Source of the DNA: Tubulanus polymorphus
Lineage: Eukaryota; Animalia; Nemertea
Direction: 5' to 3'
NCBI RefSeq assembly: GCF_964204645.1
Contig: NC_134034.1
Span: 9,498,962-9,562,961, forward strand
DNA: 64,000 bases
This document shows, one piece after another, positions 39,885 to 53,565 of the stretch. The notes below the pieces were generated by a model that did no database searches, had not been told where the DNA came from, and saw nothing but the letters and a program-made list of their open reading frames with translations. A program made the position numbers and the translations under genes. Position 1 is the stretch's first letter. Each line of letters begins with the position of its first letter.

Positions 39885-40045
39885 TAAACCCACATAACTG
39901 TGGAACTGGGTTCAGAATCGCATTGAGCTCACGGGTCAAATTAAACCCATACAACGTGGTACTGATGACAAATTAAACCCACACAACTGTGCAACTGGAT
40001 TCAGTGTCAATTCCAACCTAAAAAACGTGGAAATGAGTTCATAGT
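39885..40045 (-). repeat. 39-bp minisatellite array, inverted
   Basis: taaacccacacaactgtggaactgg units. Confidence 0.75.
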
Positions 40046-41224
40046 TAAATCAAGCCCACACAAATATGATGATGTTTTGTATTTCATTTTGTTATGATTT
40101 TTCTGCTTTCACTAAATCTAACGCTTGTGATTATTTACATTTTAAGTATGCTAACAACTTTCTCAGGGATATTTAGTACAAGAAAATTGCCACATCAACA
40201 TTAAAAACTCCGCCCAATAACCGTCATCTTTCCTCCAAAAAACCTCCAACCAATTTATATAGTTACCTAGATTCATTGTCTGCAATATTAAAGCGATATA
40301 ATGAGGTTTTTGAAGGCGTTATGAAACTCTTAAGTTAGTTTTCTTGTCAACTCTCACATCAATGGACGACTTCACACAAAATCACACAAAACAAACCAAT
40401 GAAGCGGAACTATATATACTGCGTGAGTATTTACTTATCCACACGTCCTTGGAATTTGCGGAAATCGATGCACGGTATCTACGCTAGCGGTCAAGTTGCG
40501 TCGACAAATTTACAACGCGCTTTCTGAGAAAGTATTCCGTTAAATGTTTATCGCAACTAGAACCGGTCTCATTTCAGCTGCTTAGATCCGATTCGTTTAA
40601 ATATTTGTTTTATAATCAGTATAATTTCGCTTTCTGTCGACCCTTACAGAGAAACAGCTGTCTGAAACAGCGCCTACAGCTTGAAGGTGAATTTATTCTC
40701 AACATCTATTCAAGCGTACCCATCCGATCCACTATTAATACTGCAGGATACTTTGAGCCTCAGAGGCGCCTTTCAGCTCGGTTATCATCCTCTGGGGTTA
40801 CGGTCAATATCTCGAAAGATAATTGACGTTTTGACGAAATCTAACGCATAATATTACGGAACAATAAGGTTATTTTGAATTTCAATATACATCGACGATT
40901 AAAATGATGTGCGCGGTAACCAGTCTAGCCACAATATTGATTACGTAGGGCACATCCACTCAAAATTTCATTATCTTAAAAACTTCAAAATTTCATTAGA
41001 TACAAAATAAGAGTTATGAAATTAATTCAATTACATTTTGTAGTGCACATTGACTCACATAGTACATGCATAACGCGTAGTTATCGGATACTGTAAATCC
41101 TTGATTTTTGATCCAAAGTTTCACGTGACAAGCACCGATTCGAAAACCAAAATTGTAATGATTATTTTAAAACGCCTGAATATTGATGATACGGTGCACA
41201 AAGTCTCATACACTGCCCCTTTCA

Positions 41225-41402
41225 GTACGTCTACACTGCCGTGCCGCGTATACATCGGTAATGGACTTTGCTAGTACACCGCATCATGGTGTATCGATGA
41301 AATTAGTTATTTGTTTGTATCTCTGATGAAAGAAGGCAGCACCTGTCAAACACTGTAAGGTATTAGTAACTAATGATACATCGCACCATGGTGTAGACGT
41401 AC
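41225..41402. mobile_element. MITE-like element, TIR gtacgtctacac/gtgtagacgtac
   Basis: 12-bp perfect inverted ends with an internal repeat acacc..atggtgta. Related fragment near 57480-57550. Confidence 0.55.
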
Positions 41403-42434
41403 TATTAGCGGCAGCATGCCTGTTACTCAATGCAACGGGGTGGAACTTTGAACAGAATTTCAAATAATATCCAGCAATACCCTTTAGGTTATTAATAAGT
41501 CAGCGCTGAAAGGGCTGAATAAAGCATAGTAGTTATTATTCTATATAAACACATCGATGTAACTGACGGTTTTAACGGCATCGAAGAATCTGATACCGCC
41601 AGCACCGAGGAGCTCAGTACGCCGCGTCTATTCAACGACCCGAGGTCGCACCCCGGCGTCTCCTACGGATCAAACGACAACATGGGATTGATCCATGTGA
41701 GTGGTCGCGTCGAAACCTGTAACCAACCAATCATAAAATCGTACTTATACATATACGGATAATATATTTGCCTGCTGTCGGAATTATCGATCACAATCGT
41801 CATCACCGGCGTCGCGTAGGGCTACATACATTATATACACTCTTATTAGCGATTTTATTGAATTATGGACACGTTTCCCCCTTCTTCGTTACAGCCTTGG
41901 AGAAAATGGTATTTATACCCAATCATACGATCAGGTTGTTTGTTGACATCAAGGAGAATTTGTGGTTGAAATTGAGAAAAAAACTCGTTTCATACGTTGT
42001 ATTCGAAATTTCGATGTATTAAATTAAGCAGCCGACAAAATTAACCTAAATCAGTCGCTTGCCGGTTCAGGCTGGTTGGAAGATTGTTTGAATGAACCGG
42101 AACCGAAATTTCTCATAATGCATTTCAATTTAAACAAAAAATTCTGTAAATTCGATCGTACAACAGTATCTGTAATTCGATAATTTGTACATCGAGTGAG
42201 TTACAGAGGTATCACACGTGACGTCAAAGTTGCTGGAGATTTGACATACGTAACAAACTAAATACATTTAAAAACTTCGAGGGGCTGTCATGTAAATCGG
42301 TTCTTGCGTTCGCTAAACTATATGACGTAGTCACCTGAATTTTGAAATCTGATTTAAGGAACTCAGATTATTTGCAAACCAGTGCTCGAGACTTATCATA
42401 TGGTATCACTGTTTACCATCGAAAGAGGGCCATA

Positions 42435-42863
42435 AGGGGCTGTCCATATAAGACATCCACACAAAATATGGACAACCTTACCCCTTCCCCTAAGTCAACA
42501 TAAAATCTATATCACAATGGCCCCTTCCCCTCTTGCCCCACGGACAAAGCTTCACACTTGATAAAGTGTTATCAAGAGTTATCAATATTAACTTAGAAAG
42601 GTCTTGAATCAGTTTAATTTTACAATGTTGAGTAATTTTACTTATGCTACCGCATACTTTTACTTATACTTTTAAGTTTACTTATACTTTTATACTTATA
42701 CTTTTATGGCCATGCCCTAGTGGCCCCCTTTCAAGATTGACATCCATATCGGAGGTACATCCCCTCCCCCTTGTACATCCCCTCCCCCTTGTCCACGAAA
42801 GTCCAAAAATCACCCCCTCTCCCAACAGCGTGGATGTCATTTATGGCCTACAGACAGCCTCTT
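42435..42863. mobile_element. MITE with TIR ggggctgtccatataagacatccac
   Basis: Right end gtggatgtcatttatgg(cctaca)gacagcctct. Internal cccctcccc subrepeats. Confidence 0.6.
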
Positions 42864-45737
42864 GTTAAGATATTTAGAGTCCTTTGTAGTGTGTACCTCT
42901 CTTCAATTGTTCGTTATGAGGTACCGCTATAAAATAAGTTACTTAATCATAGTATCATAGTTTGTCTGAAAGTTTCTATGAAATAAGTTTTAAGCTCTCT
43001 TGTTGACGAATATCAATGGTTCCGATCCGTTTTTTCGCATTTTTCTAACGCAACAGCAAGAGATAACCAGGGAATTTCCACGCTTCGAGTGTCCGTGATG
43101 TAAATCACGTATTGTATTCCATGACCTCTATAGCGGTCAACTGTTTCGTCTAGTATTTCTTTCGTCTCTACGTGACTACATGTTGCGTGTTCGAATCCCG
43201 ATTTGCACGGTTTTGATCGAAGATATTTTCTCTAATTCGCCGAGCGTGACCGTCTATCTTTTTCCAACATGTACTTCTCCTATTTCCAGCGACGCCGTTC
43301 ACCTGGGAATGTGGCGGACTCACACACAGCCCTGGGAAAAAAACATCATTACCACCGCATACGTAGACGCTATCAATTATAGGTCTGTGAAATGTGGCAT
43401 TTCACAAACAAACGACTTGGTAATAATTAATTTTCTACACCATCCGAGGATGCATTATTTATAGTTTTAAACAGAATTGAGCCATATCCTGTAATCCCTA
43501 TCACAATGGTTATAACGGGAGATATTTGTCAATTCTGTAGCTCCTCGTGAATACAGCAATACGAGCTGGGAAGATATTCGACCATATTTCATTTTATAAA
43601 TCACATAAAGAACATCTAATCTAGTATCTGTTATCGGTGTTATATTTGAATCACTGATAGGCTCAACCTACGCACTACGATATGTATGTTAATTAGAGTT
43701 CTTTTTCCGATTCTTTCTGAGGGGATCTGTGTGAGTTGATGTGCACTTCGTCATCAATATTGGCTTTTTTCAAAATAACAATCGTGAATTTTGAAGTTTA
43801 TTTTGTAATTAGATGTATCTCATAACTCCTATTTTACGTTTGAAGAATTTTGATAATTATTTTTGAGAGGATGTGTATTGCGTCAATCTATCGGGGCTAG
43901 ACTGGTTGCCGGTCAATTCAATTATCGATTATAATTAAAAATCAAATATGAATTGAATTGTTCTTTAGTCCAATTAGTTCAGTTTCAATATCAGTCAGTC
44001 CTTGTCGGATCTGATCCTTTTAGCTCAGTCGCCTAAAGGGACCCAGATCAACCACTGTGGTTTCATGTGGTATTCATTCACCGAGTCAGATTTCTAATTG
44101 CGAACGTTATTCTAGTCGAACGATATGTAAAAGACAAGGTATACCCGCATCGCTACTGTGGCAATCAAGGATTCCACGTATGGCAGGCGAGGATCCGCCA
44201 GGTTCGGTAGTGGTTACTCGGTTTCTGCGCTTCAATTTAGTCTATATTTCAATGAAATTCGAATCAATTTTTCTTATTAGTAAAATCAATTTTCAGTACC
44301 GTATATACCATACACTCATCGGGAACTACTCAATCTTATATCTAAGTGATGACTTGTTTGACAACATTTCCATTTGGGAGCCAAAAATTCCAATTCATAG
44401 ATTTTCACTACGTATCACCGATTGTTACGCCATCTGGTGAGTGCCGGTTCCACACATTACGAAAGTCAAAGATGTCAAAATTGATTTAACATCGACACTA
44501 CCCGTGGGATTCTGTACACACGTCCGTACTTCGCTTAAATCTATCTGCCGACGATAATCCTATAGGATTATCTTCGTTATCCCATCGCAACGGTTAATGA
44601 TAATCCCTTAATCCGTTTACACAATATTATTGTTTCGAAGACGTTTCTCAGGGATCTCCGGTCTTTCGGTTCAATGTGTACATCATGTAGCGCGGAGCGG
44701 GTTACTTTTAGTGCGTTTAGTGTTTAGTCGCTGATCTATGACTCCCATTCTCGCGGGCCGTGACTCCCGGCGGGATGAAATCAACTGTTGTCGATTTGAA
44801 GTCATCTTCCAATTTCAGAAACGAATAATAGTGACTTTCGATGCCGTAACTTAGGACCAGTCTAAGCTCATTTTAGTTCTATAGCCAATCTAATAACTTA
44901 AGACCAGTCTAAGCTCATTTTAGTTCCATAGACATTCCAACAACACAAGACCAGTTTAACGACTTAAGAACCATTTTTGGACTCTTGTCACAACTGTGCC
45001 ACTTGCCCTGGAACATAACTTGTCCCAACAAAATGGCGGCTATAGCAATAGCTTATTTCACAAAATGGCTGCGAGATTTTTCAGAAATGCCTGAAACATT
45101 TTAGATTACGTGATAAACTGCGATCAGTATTCGTTATATAAGAAAGAAAACAACGATAAAAATGTACGTTTAATCTTTTATACACCACACACCTGCCACT
45201 AGCCTTACATTTATACTAATTACTGAAAACAACCGACTGTTGTCAGTAGTACAGGTAGTTCTGTTAAAAACTCGAGCAGGTGAGAGCGGATGAAAACGGA
45301 CTCCCGCATCGAGGATTCGATCGGAAAAAACGAAAGAATTTCGACAAAAACGTTTTGCATTTCAGACAAACGTATAGCGTGACCCCGGAATCGAGGAAAC
45401 GCACCAGGTTCTCCGAGATTATCGGCGGCTTTTTTACGAATGCTGGGGAGAGAGTCTCGTAATTGGCCATTGGGGAGAGGTTTGGGAGTGTAGGATGAGG
45501 CAGAGAGATGTGAGAAAGCAAAAACTGGGAGTGAGAGGGGGCAACGATAAGTAAGGAATGGAGCGAAGAAGGGGCGGGGAAAGATGAATGGAAGAGGCGC
45601 CTTATCGTGCAGGTCTCTTCTGGCTGAATATAAATTGTCATTCATGTAAATAAGGAACTAGCAGGTTACCCGTCTTAGACATTAACATGTCAGCGTTACA
45701 GAAAAATAGGTCATGAACTTCGTCACTAAACGGCTAT

Positions 45738-45787
45738 TAGACTGGTTGCCTGTCCCATTTTGAAGATAGAGACCGGTAACCAGTCTA
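45738..45787. mobile_element. 50-bp minimal MITE (tagactgg...ccagtcta) with 9-bp TSD
   Basis: Flanks are aacggctat (45729-45737) and aacggctgt (45788-45796). Confidence 0.7.
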
Positions 45788-46550
45788 AACGGCTGTAGGC
45801 TAGTTCACCAATTTCCTCACAGAGGGAGATATCTTCCTAAATGGCTGATGATTTCAATTTCATTTCAATTTACCTATCAGATAAATAACAGGGTCAATCC
45901 CTATTTCAAGATAAAAGAAACACAAGGTTCACAGTGAAACCAACCACTCCCCTAGACGGAACCCGAAACGCATCAGTTTCCCATGTCCGCTTATTCAACT
46001 CGTCGGTTCTGGATATTTTCAGAATGATATTCTCCTTATTTCCCCGCCCTCGCATCCACGGGAACCGCCATTATTACTTAATTAACGTCACAAAACGATC
46101 AATCAGGTTTTTATCATCGAGCGAATTAAACTCTTAGTAACCTCCACACTCGCGTCAGCAACGCCCGCCCTAGAAAAATGTCAGCTCTAACCGAAAACAG
46201 CGCGTGGTATTTCGGTACGTGAGGTAAAACTATTTGTAGAGAACCATCGTCATCGCGTCCAAAACATCGAGGAGAAAGAATACCCTCTACGTAGAATCAA
46301 GAATCTGAATTCAGGAGTGGTGGAAATATCAAATGATGTTATAGCTCATTAAAATAAAGTATTTCTCCCATATTCAAAAATATATTATATGAAATACGAA
46401 TGAAATCATAATTCGGTGATATCGTTATAAATGACCATCGTTTTGAACAATGGCGCTGGTAAAGAAAGTTTAAATATAATACGTAAATATGTAGAGAACC
46501 TGAGTAAAACAGGGAGGTTGATAGCCAATACCTGTTTCAGCCGTGTCGGA

Positions 46551-47107
46551 CACAGCGGAACTGGATCCAGAGTCAAATTAAACCCACATAACTGGGGAAC
46601 TGGATCCAGAATCAAATTAAACCCACACAACATTGAATTTGGATCTAGAGTCAAATTAAACCCACATAACTGGGGAACTGGATCCAGAGTCAAATTAAAC
46701 CCACACAACATTGAATTTGGATCCAGAGTCAAATTGAACCCACATAACTGGGGAACTGGATCCAGAATCAAATTAAACCCACACAACATTGAATTTGGAT
46801 CTAGAGTCAAATTAAACCCACCTAACTGGGGAACTGGATCCAGAGTCAAATTGAACCCACATAACTGGGGAACTGGATCCAGAGTCAAATTAAACCCACA
46901 CAACATTGAATTAGGATCCAGAGTCAAATTGGGGAACTGGGTTCAGAGTAAAATTAAACCGACACAACTGTGGAATTCGACCTAGAGTCAAATTAAACCC
47001 ACACAACTGTGGAACTGGATCCAGAGTCAAATTAAACCCATACAACTGTGGAACTGGATGGGGTCAAATTAAATCGACATAAATTTCGTGACGTGGAACT
47101 GGATCCT
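46551..47107 (-). repeat. 39-bp minisatellite array with higher-order structure
   Basis: About 13 units, with alternating variants cataactggggaact and cacaacattgaattt. Confidence 0.93.
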
Positions 47108-47162
47108 GCATTCGCCAGTTGAACTGCGTGAGTCCAGGAACCAGATCGCTATAGCGATACTG

Positions 47163-47258
47163 ATGTAAACAGGAGTTCCCTCGCGTTCCGGTGTAAACAG
47201 GAGTTCCCTCGCGTTCCGGTGTAAACAGGAGTTCCCTCGCGTGCCGGTGTAAACAGGA
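47163..47258 (+). repeat. ~29-bp tandem repeat (tgtaaacaggagttccctcgcgttccgg) x 3.3
   Basis: Directly visible. Confidence 0.9.
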
Positions 47259-47797
47259 AACTACTTGTGTACGGATTGACTCGCGTGCGATGTTCATAAC
47301 AACAGCATTTAATTAATCGGCGACCAAAAACCGAAATGTGACGTCAATGCAATCGTTATTTGCGGACTGGCTTGTGAACTTTTCAACCGGCCGCGTAGAA
47401 TACTACAACTCTCTATTTCAGTGAGAACGGTTGAGAGCTCTTGATTTGCTCACGGTGGGATAAACGACCGCGTACGTGGTGGGTTTGTGCGAATGTCAAC
47501 AACAAGCTTCATTCGTGTTTTTGTTCTGAAAATCCATAAAACATTAGTGAAATTGATCGTAAATCGGGACTCGAACCCACACGGCGTTTTATGGCGATGC
47601 CTGCGGTAAATCGCACATTTTCCGATGGAATCGCGAGAGCACACACAGCGTGAAATATGCAACCATGCGATTTTGTCACGTGATGACGCCATTTTGTCAA
47701 GCGCAATACGTGATTTACTATAGTTACAACATGATTCCCGTTTTTAAATGAGTTTCATGACTGAAGATCCCGTTGAGAGATCAACTACAGAATGTTC

Positions 47798-47975
47798 GGC
47801 CGGCCTAGCTCAGTGGGATAAGAAGCTGGGTGACAAACGGGTTCGAGTCCCACTGGCTGCTTGCAGTGTGCGGGCAACACTGCCAAGGCCGTCCCGTCGC
47901 GAGGTGAATGAACAATCCAATATAGGGTTAATCTTTGGAAACCACGATCCGAATGACGTGAAGCAAACAAACAAA
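47798..47975 (+). mobile_element. tRNA-derived SINE
   Basis: A box TAGCTCAGTGG (47806) and B box GGTTCGAGTCC (47840) without a complete cloverleaf, followed by a short body and a gacgtgaag(caaa)n tail. Confidence 0.65.
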
Positions 47976-48299
47976 GCAGCACAATCAATCGAATCATCCG
48001 AATATCTCATTCACTGCAGCGATACTGGCTGACAATTCATCGGTCAATCAGTAACTGTTACACCGTTTAACTGTTGACACCTTCAGCTAACCGAACGGGA
48101 AAACATGGCGAAATGACACCGTTGCAAATACCCATGTTTACAGCCCCACTGTATGACGAGGGCCTTGAATAATGCATCCACGGTATATGTTATTCAGTAG
48201 TTGCATGAATATTACTGCAGTGGTACAAAAAAAAACGTTTAGAGAAAAGGGGAAAAATGAATATAGCTGCAAAGCAGCGATAACAGGTTGTTGCTTTGT

Positions 48300-48662
48300 T
48301 CGGTGAGGAGCGCTCTACTATCACGAGGGTAGATCTCATTTCTGGTCTCCCTATGCGATGAGGAGCGCTCTACTATCGCTATCTTCACCCTCTGACTGCA
48401 TTGAGGATTCCCGGGGAACATGGATCTCAGTGATGGTCGCTCTACGTGATGAGGACAGCTCTACTATCACGATCTTCACCCGACCCGAATTGAGAGTTCC
48501 CGGGGAACATGGATCTCAGCGATGGTCGCTCTACGCGTGGTGAGGAGAGCTCTACTATCGCGATCTTCACCAGACCGAATTGAGGGTCCCCGAGGACCGC
48601 ATAGCAGGTGAGTGCCTCTTCCAGTGGACCTGGCTCGGCTTCTATCGCACTATCTTCACCTC
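48300..48662 (+). repeat. ~92-bp degenerate tandem repeat (tgaggagcgctctactatcgcgatcttcacc...ccggggaacatggatctcag)
   Basis: 3-4 units. Confidence 0.85.
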
Positions 48663-51600
48663 CTACCGATGTTCTATAGAGAGTATGGGGCGCGTAAATC
48701 ATAATACCATCCGAAATCTGGGTTCGTGTAAACATTTCGTCAAGTATCAGCGAGAATATTAGAGAGGAGAGAGCCTCGTCAGTAAATTGACACGCGAGTT
48801 ATGTGAGTCAATGGCTAACGCGCAGCTCTATATCACCGTAGACACTTTATCAGTGTCCCACGGCACTCTTCAATCTGCTGGTTGTCGCTCTGTAGAAAAT
48901 AATCTGAGTACTCTTACCAAGCAGTAGAGTTTGTATAGCGCATAATGTATTCGCTAATTTAGAATCTATGTATAATTAATTACAGTCCGCTCCTAAGTGA
49001 CAAATTTTCATATTTCAAAATACAATCTCAATTTATTTGCCTTTATAAGAATCTGAAACCGTACAGGTCATTTTTCTCGCAATATCGATGAAGTTTTAAT
49101 ATGTTGATAGATCAATCGATTTCATTAACGTTTCTGTCAAGAGCTCTTCGTCAAAAACTGAGCAAGCTTAGTGATGCATTTACTAATAACTACCTTCTCA
49201 ATCCCGATAACTTCAACGATTCAGGAAAATTATGATTAGTTACTGGAACGACAACGGAACGAGGCGCTGTTAAATAATGATGATTCATTTACCATTTTAA
49301 ATAACAACAATTGTACAGAAGTAATAAATATATAAAAATTCAAGATGGAGGGACGCGTGAAGAAACCAGTTAAGGTTTATAAGATTTCCATGCCACCCAT
49401 GTTAAAATAATAATGCTGTTAACCTCATCGTACTCTGACATGACCGACTAAGACTTTTGACTAACTAGCATGAATACGATATCACTTTTCCTGACTTCGT
49501 TATCTATTTCCCTATCCTTAACTCGAATTTCGCTTACCTCAAACCGATATTGCCGGTCCCCAATCGAGTTAGGCGACGCTTACTGTAAGCAACAAAATCT
49601 GGCGAATCGTTGAGGTGGTGAAAGGAATGAGTATATCGAATAGGATCCCTGTGGGCACGGTTTTATAAACTGGTATTACCTTAAACCTAGGGGCTAATTC
49701 AATTCATTATCAATTGAGTTAGCTCCCGGATTAAAAGCAATACTAGTCTGTAAAACCGACACTTGCGGTTTGTTAGTTATGAACTTGTATACGTTTGTTA
49801 AAATAAAACATATTCTATTCTATTCTGTTAGTAGTTCCTGGTCTGCGAAAGGAAAGGATTTTATCCACCTTTCTGAAAGGTTAATTCGAATAGATTTTTA
49901 CTAATTAATGAACCGGGATTTTCGCCCGTCGGAGTCGATGAGTCCCTTGATATTACACGAACAGTCCCGCGGGTCTCGTCAGAAACTACTCACGCGCAAA
50001 AGAAAACAAACTTAGATGTCGAATTTTCTTTACGCCATTAGGCAAAATTCCCCGAGCGATCGGTTTTAACGATCTCAAAAATGTCAAATGTCGTAAATTT
50101 AACTCGATTCGGTATATCTATTTTTTGGAAAGTTACGTAACAACAGCGCGTTTTGGGTGGGCCAGGGTTCGTGTATGCCCGGTAGGTCTGACGGTTCGTG
50201 AGTCACCCAAAAATCAGGGCTAACCCACCGGGCTGTACTTCTTTTATATGGAGCAATAAACTAAAACTGAAAACTGCAACTGAAACTTCAGCAAAACTAA
50301 ATGACATTTATTGTTTGGTTTGCTCATTTAGTTGACAGACCAATAATTCGGCAGTTTCTTGTTGGTCTTGAATTCCCATCTAACACTAGTTGTTGTGACT
50401 AACAGTCTAACATTAGTCAACAGCGAGAAATGTATAAATTTGACATTTCTAATGTAAGGGACAGACAGTGTGGAGTTCTTACTAGATGGAAATTCTACCA
50501 GCCGGGCGATACTGCACGAGTCGAAATTAATGCGTATATATCTCATGAACGAAAGCTTGACGAGTTGTTACTTGCAGTTCTGATCGGAGTATTTATTCTA
50601 CGGTAAACACTGAAGTGAGTTTAGTGTTTTGTTAAGCTTCACCCCAGTCTCGCGTACCCCACGAACTCACGTATTTAAACACAGTTCTTGTATTTCTGTT
50701 ATATTTTTTCACTGTCTCTCTTTTGCTTTATAGCAGATTCATCTTTGACATATCTGATGGCGTACTACATTTATTCCAGGGATCAATCAAGTTGTTCTAT
50801 TCTCTTATTTTCTGTTCTACCCCAGAGTTTTTTCACCCTAAACCTAGGCTTCTTACCCCCAGAGACTCGATTTATGATGATCCATTCACTATCAATCTCA
50901 CTTAAAGTCATCATCGAAAAAGCCGTCCATTACTCTCCACTACTTTTCACATGCAATTTGATGTATTTCCAATCGATTTAAGTGACTAAAGTTTGCAACG
51001 ATAAGTTTAATTCAAGTAAGAAACGACTGTAACAACTTATTGCGTGGCTAGCATCCAGCGACATCTATGAGTAGAGGTTAACAGTCCGGGTAATTTGAAT
51101 ATTCAAATTTTGCTCCAGGGTGTTGGGTGCATAATGATGACTGCAATAGAGCCCCTAGAAACCCCCTACATGTCCAAATATTCGAGATTCCGACTACCGT
51201 AGCCCGTTTCGTCGGTCATCACGATGAAATGACTTTTTTCTGAGAAATTTTCGCTGTTCTTTTAAAAGGTATAATGAAAGAATCAAAAAGTTCAAATTTA
51301 GAAAAATTGAAATTTTATTGAAAATGCAAGATTCATTTTTAATTCTTTGTGTTCTTATTAAACACCATGGACTCGACACCCTTTCATGGAAAATGAAGCA
51401 ACCCAAACTTTTTTCCCCATTCCACAAAGACAGGTTTTATATGAATAACTGTAGGGGGACCTCTCATGATTTATAACTAGAATTCTATTCATGATGTATT
51501 GCGTATCAATAAAATCATGAATCTCTACTTTCAAAAATGAGCACCTCCATTGATTCTCTTCTAAAAAAATCAGATTACTTTTCAGGTAAGATAATCATGC

Positions 51601-53415
51601 TAGTGAAGTGATCTTCTGTTCCCGTCCTATCCCCTTAAAACGCACTTTAAAGAGCAAAATGATAGCTATTGGATCCACGCATAACCGAAAACTAGTTCTC
51701 CCTATGAACACAGTTGGCGCTTCGATTTCGGAAACGGTCCTCGACTGACGTCAGAAAATTCGAAGTAATAATCCAGAAAAAGAGGTTTCGAGCACGTAAG
51801 CTCCGGAGTCACTTGAGTCAATAGGACCAGGCACAATATTGTATTTTTTCCTACAAACGGTGGAACCTCGTTACAACGAACTACATTATGACAATGAATA
51901 GAATATGTTAGAATACAATGCGTTTAATTCATTTAAAATTGCGTAAACCTTGAACAAACATCTGATATGAACTAACGATACATGGATCCCTAATAAAGGA
52001 TCAACTACACCAAAACTCATGACGTCATCTCGGCGCAGACGGATTATTCATATTCTGTAGACTCCTTCCTCTCTCTGTCTCACTCTCGAGTAGATTTTAC
52101 TGAAAAATAAAAGTTGTGACAACAGATAAGAAAAAACAGTTGATTTTACAACCTTCGTCGATGCAGCTGTCAATTTTACGGGTCAAAATGTCATATTTTG
52201 TGGATGCATAGAAGGATTTGATGCCCCGAATTGACTCAGATTGCATCTCGGAGCCGTCAAAATTCAAAATTTCCTATGACTAAGGTACCCTTCCACAGGA
52301 GGGATCATTCATTGAGTACTCGAAAGGGGTCTGCGATCTATTGCGGGTTTCGTTGGTGCAGTTGAGAGTTGTTAGAAATGTGAGCGATATATATTTATTT
52401 ACCCAGCTGTTTCCCGATACAATTCTATTGACTACAAACAGATTTCCTCGCGGAATACGAACATTTCCTTAGTAACAAAACATGAAAATATAACCCTCAT
52501 TTCGCGCTCATTCTCCAACCCGAGTACACCGGCTGAACCAGTTCTCAAAACCGAAACGAAGTTTACATGCACAACTTATGCCATCGTCCTAGTAAAACCT
52601 GAAGAAACTATACATACATAAATCCTATTAAGACACCGTCATCTTGACGAGTAATTCGATTCATTGATGATGCGTATATTTCATATAAACTGCTCTGCTG
52701 CGTTTCAAATCAGTTTGAAATCCTGTAACATTTTTTCAATAAAATGTTGAATATATAGGTAAGTTTCGCACCAGACTTAGATTCTGTGAATCTGTGTGAA
52801 TTGAAAGGTAGACTGCTCCATAGAATTGGAGCAGCGCAGAGGCAAAAGCTCTTTTACGAAATTGTATCGAAAGGTTCACCGGAGACTGTTATAGATCAGT
52901 GTTGATGATGTCATTAAGAGTATTCATTAATGGAGCAAGCATGGTATTTATTTATCTTCTTGTTTTCAAGATATTCATTATCTGATGATGTCACATTTGG
53001 GTTTGGGTATGAGCTGCCATTTCTGATACGTGAAAGTTAGCTGAAAGCGACTGTTGTGTGGTATTTACATGTATCTTTCTAATAGCTTTCTAATTGTTTC
53101 TTCTGTAGCACCTGCTCACAACTGCACCAGCTGCAACAGATACGTTCATTCCCCGAGGCCCATCTATTCTAAAACAGTCCGATCTATGTTGGCATCAATC
53201 CGTCGGACACCGCAACGCCTTCAGACCGGGCCTCCACCATTTTGATACTTTTATTACCACATTCTTCCAAGACTTCGCGTGAGATATTTCTAATTGAAAA
53301 TGAACTACGTACACCGGGTATTAGACATTTTATCAGCACACTTTAAAAAACCGATCATCCACACTTCACATATGCTCACAGGGCTTCACCTGAATTTTCA
53401 ATCAAAAACACCAGC

Positions 53416-53527
53416 TGGACCCAGTTCCACAGTCGTGAGTTAGAGTTAACTCTGAGTTAAAGTTAGTTCATTTTCAATGAGTTAACTCAGAGTTAAATCT
53501 TAACTCACAACTGTGGAACTGGACCCA
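53416..53527. mobile_element. 112-bp palindromic MITE in the paraxis intron
   Basis: tggacccagttccacagtcgtgagttagagttaactctgagttaa ... ttaactcagagttaaatcttaactcacaactgtggaactggaccca. Related copies at 59630-59720, 59840-59928, 59930-60015 and a half copy at 16450-16491. Confidence 0.85.
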
Positions 53528-53565
53528 CGGTTTAAAGATGAGGTTAAGATATATACCATACGTAC

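Noticed and set aside
31740-40045. Inverted 39-bp arrays flanking the GPCR as a composite transposon carrying the gene
   Set aside because: Arrays are frequent enough (8 or more in 64 kb, both strands) that this arrangement is expected by chance, and no TSD was seen.
46406-46985. Bidirectional repeat ORFs (KLNPHNWGTGSR / LDPVPQLCGFNL)
   Set aside because: Translation of the 39-bp minisatellite, which contains stops in other arrays.
47798-47865. Functional tRNA gene
   Set aside because: A and B boxes are present, but there is no complete anticodon arm, acceptor stem or oligo-T terminator. It fits a SINE head better.
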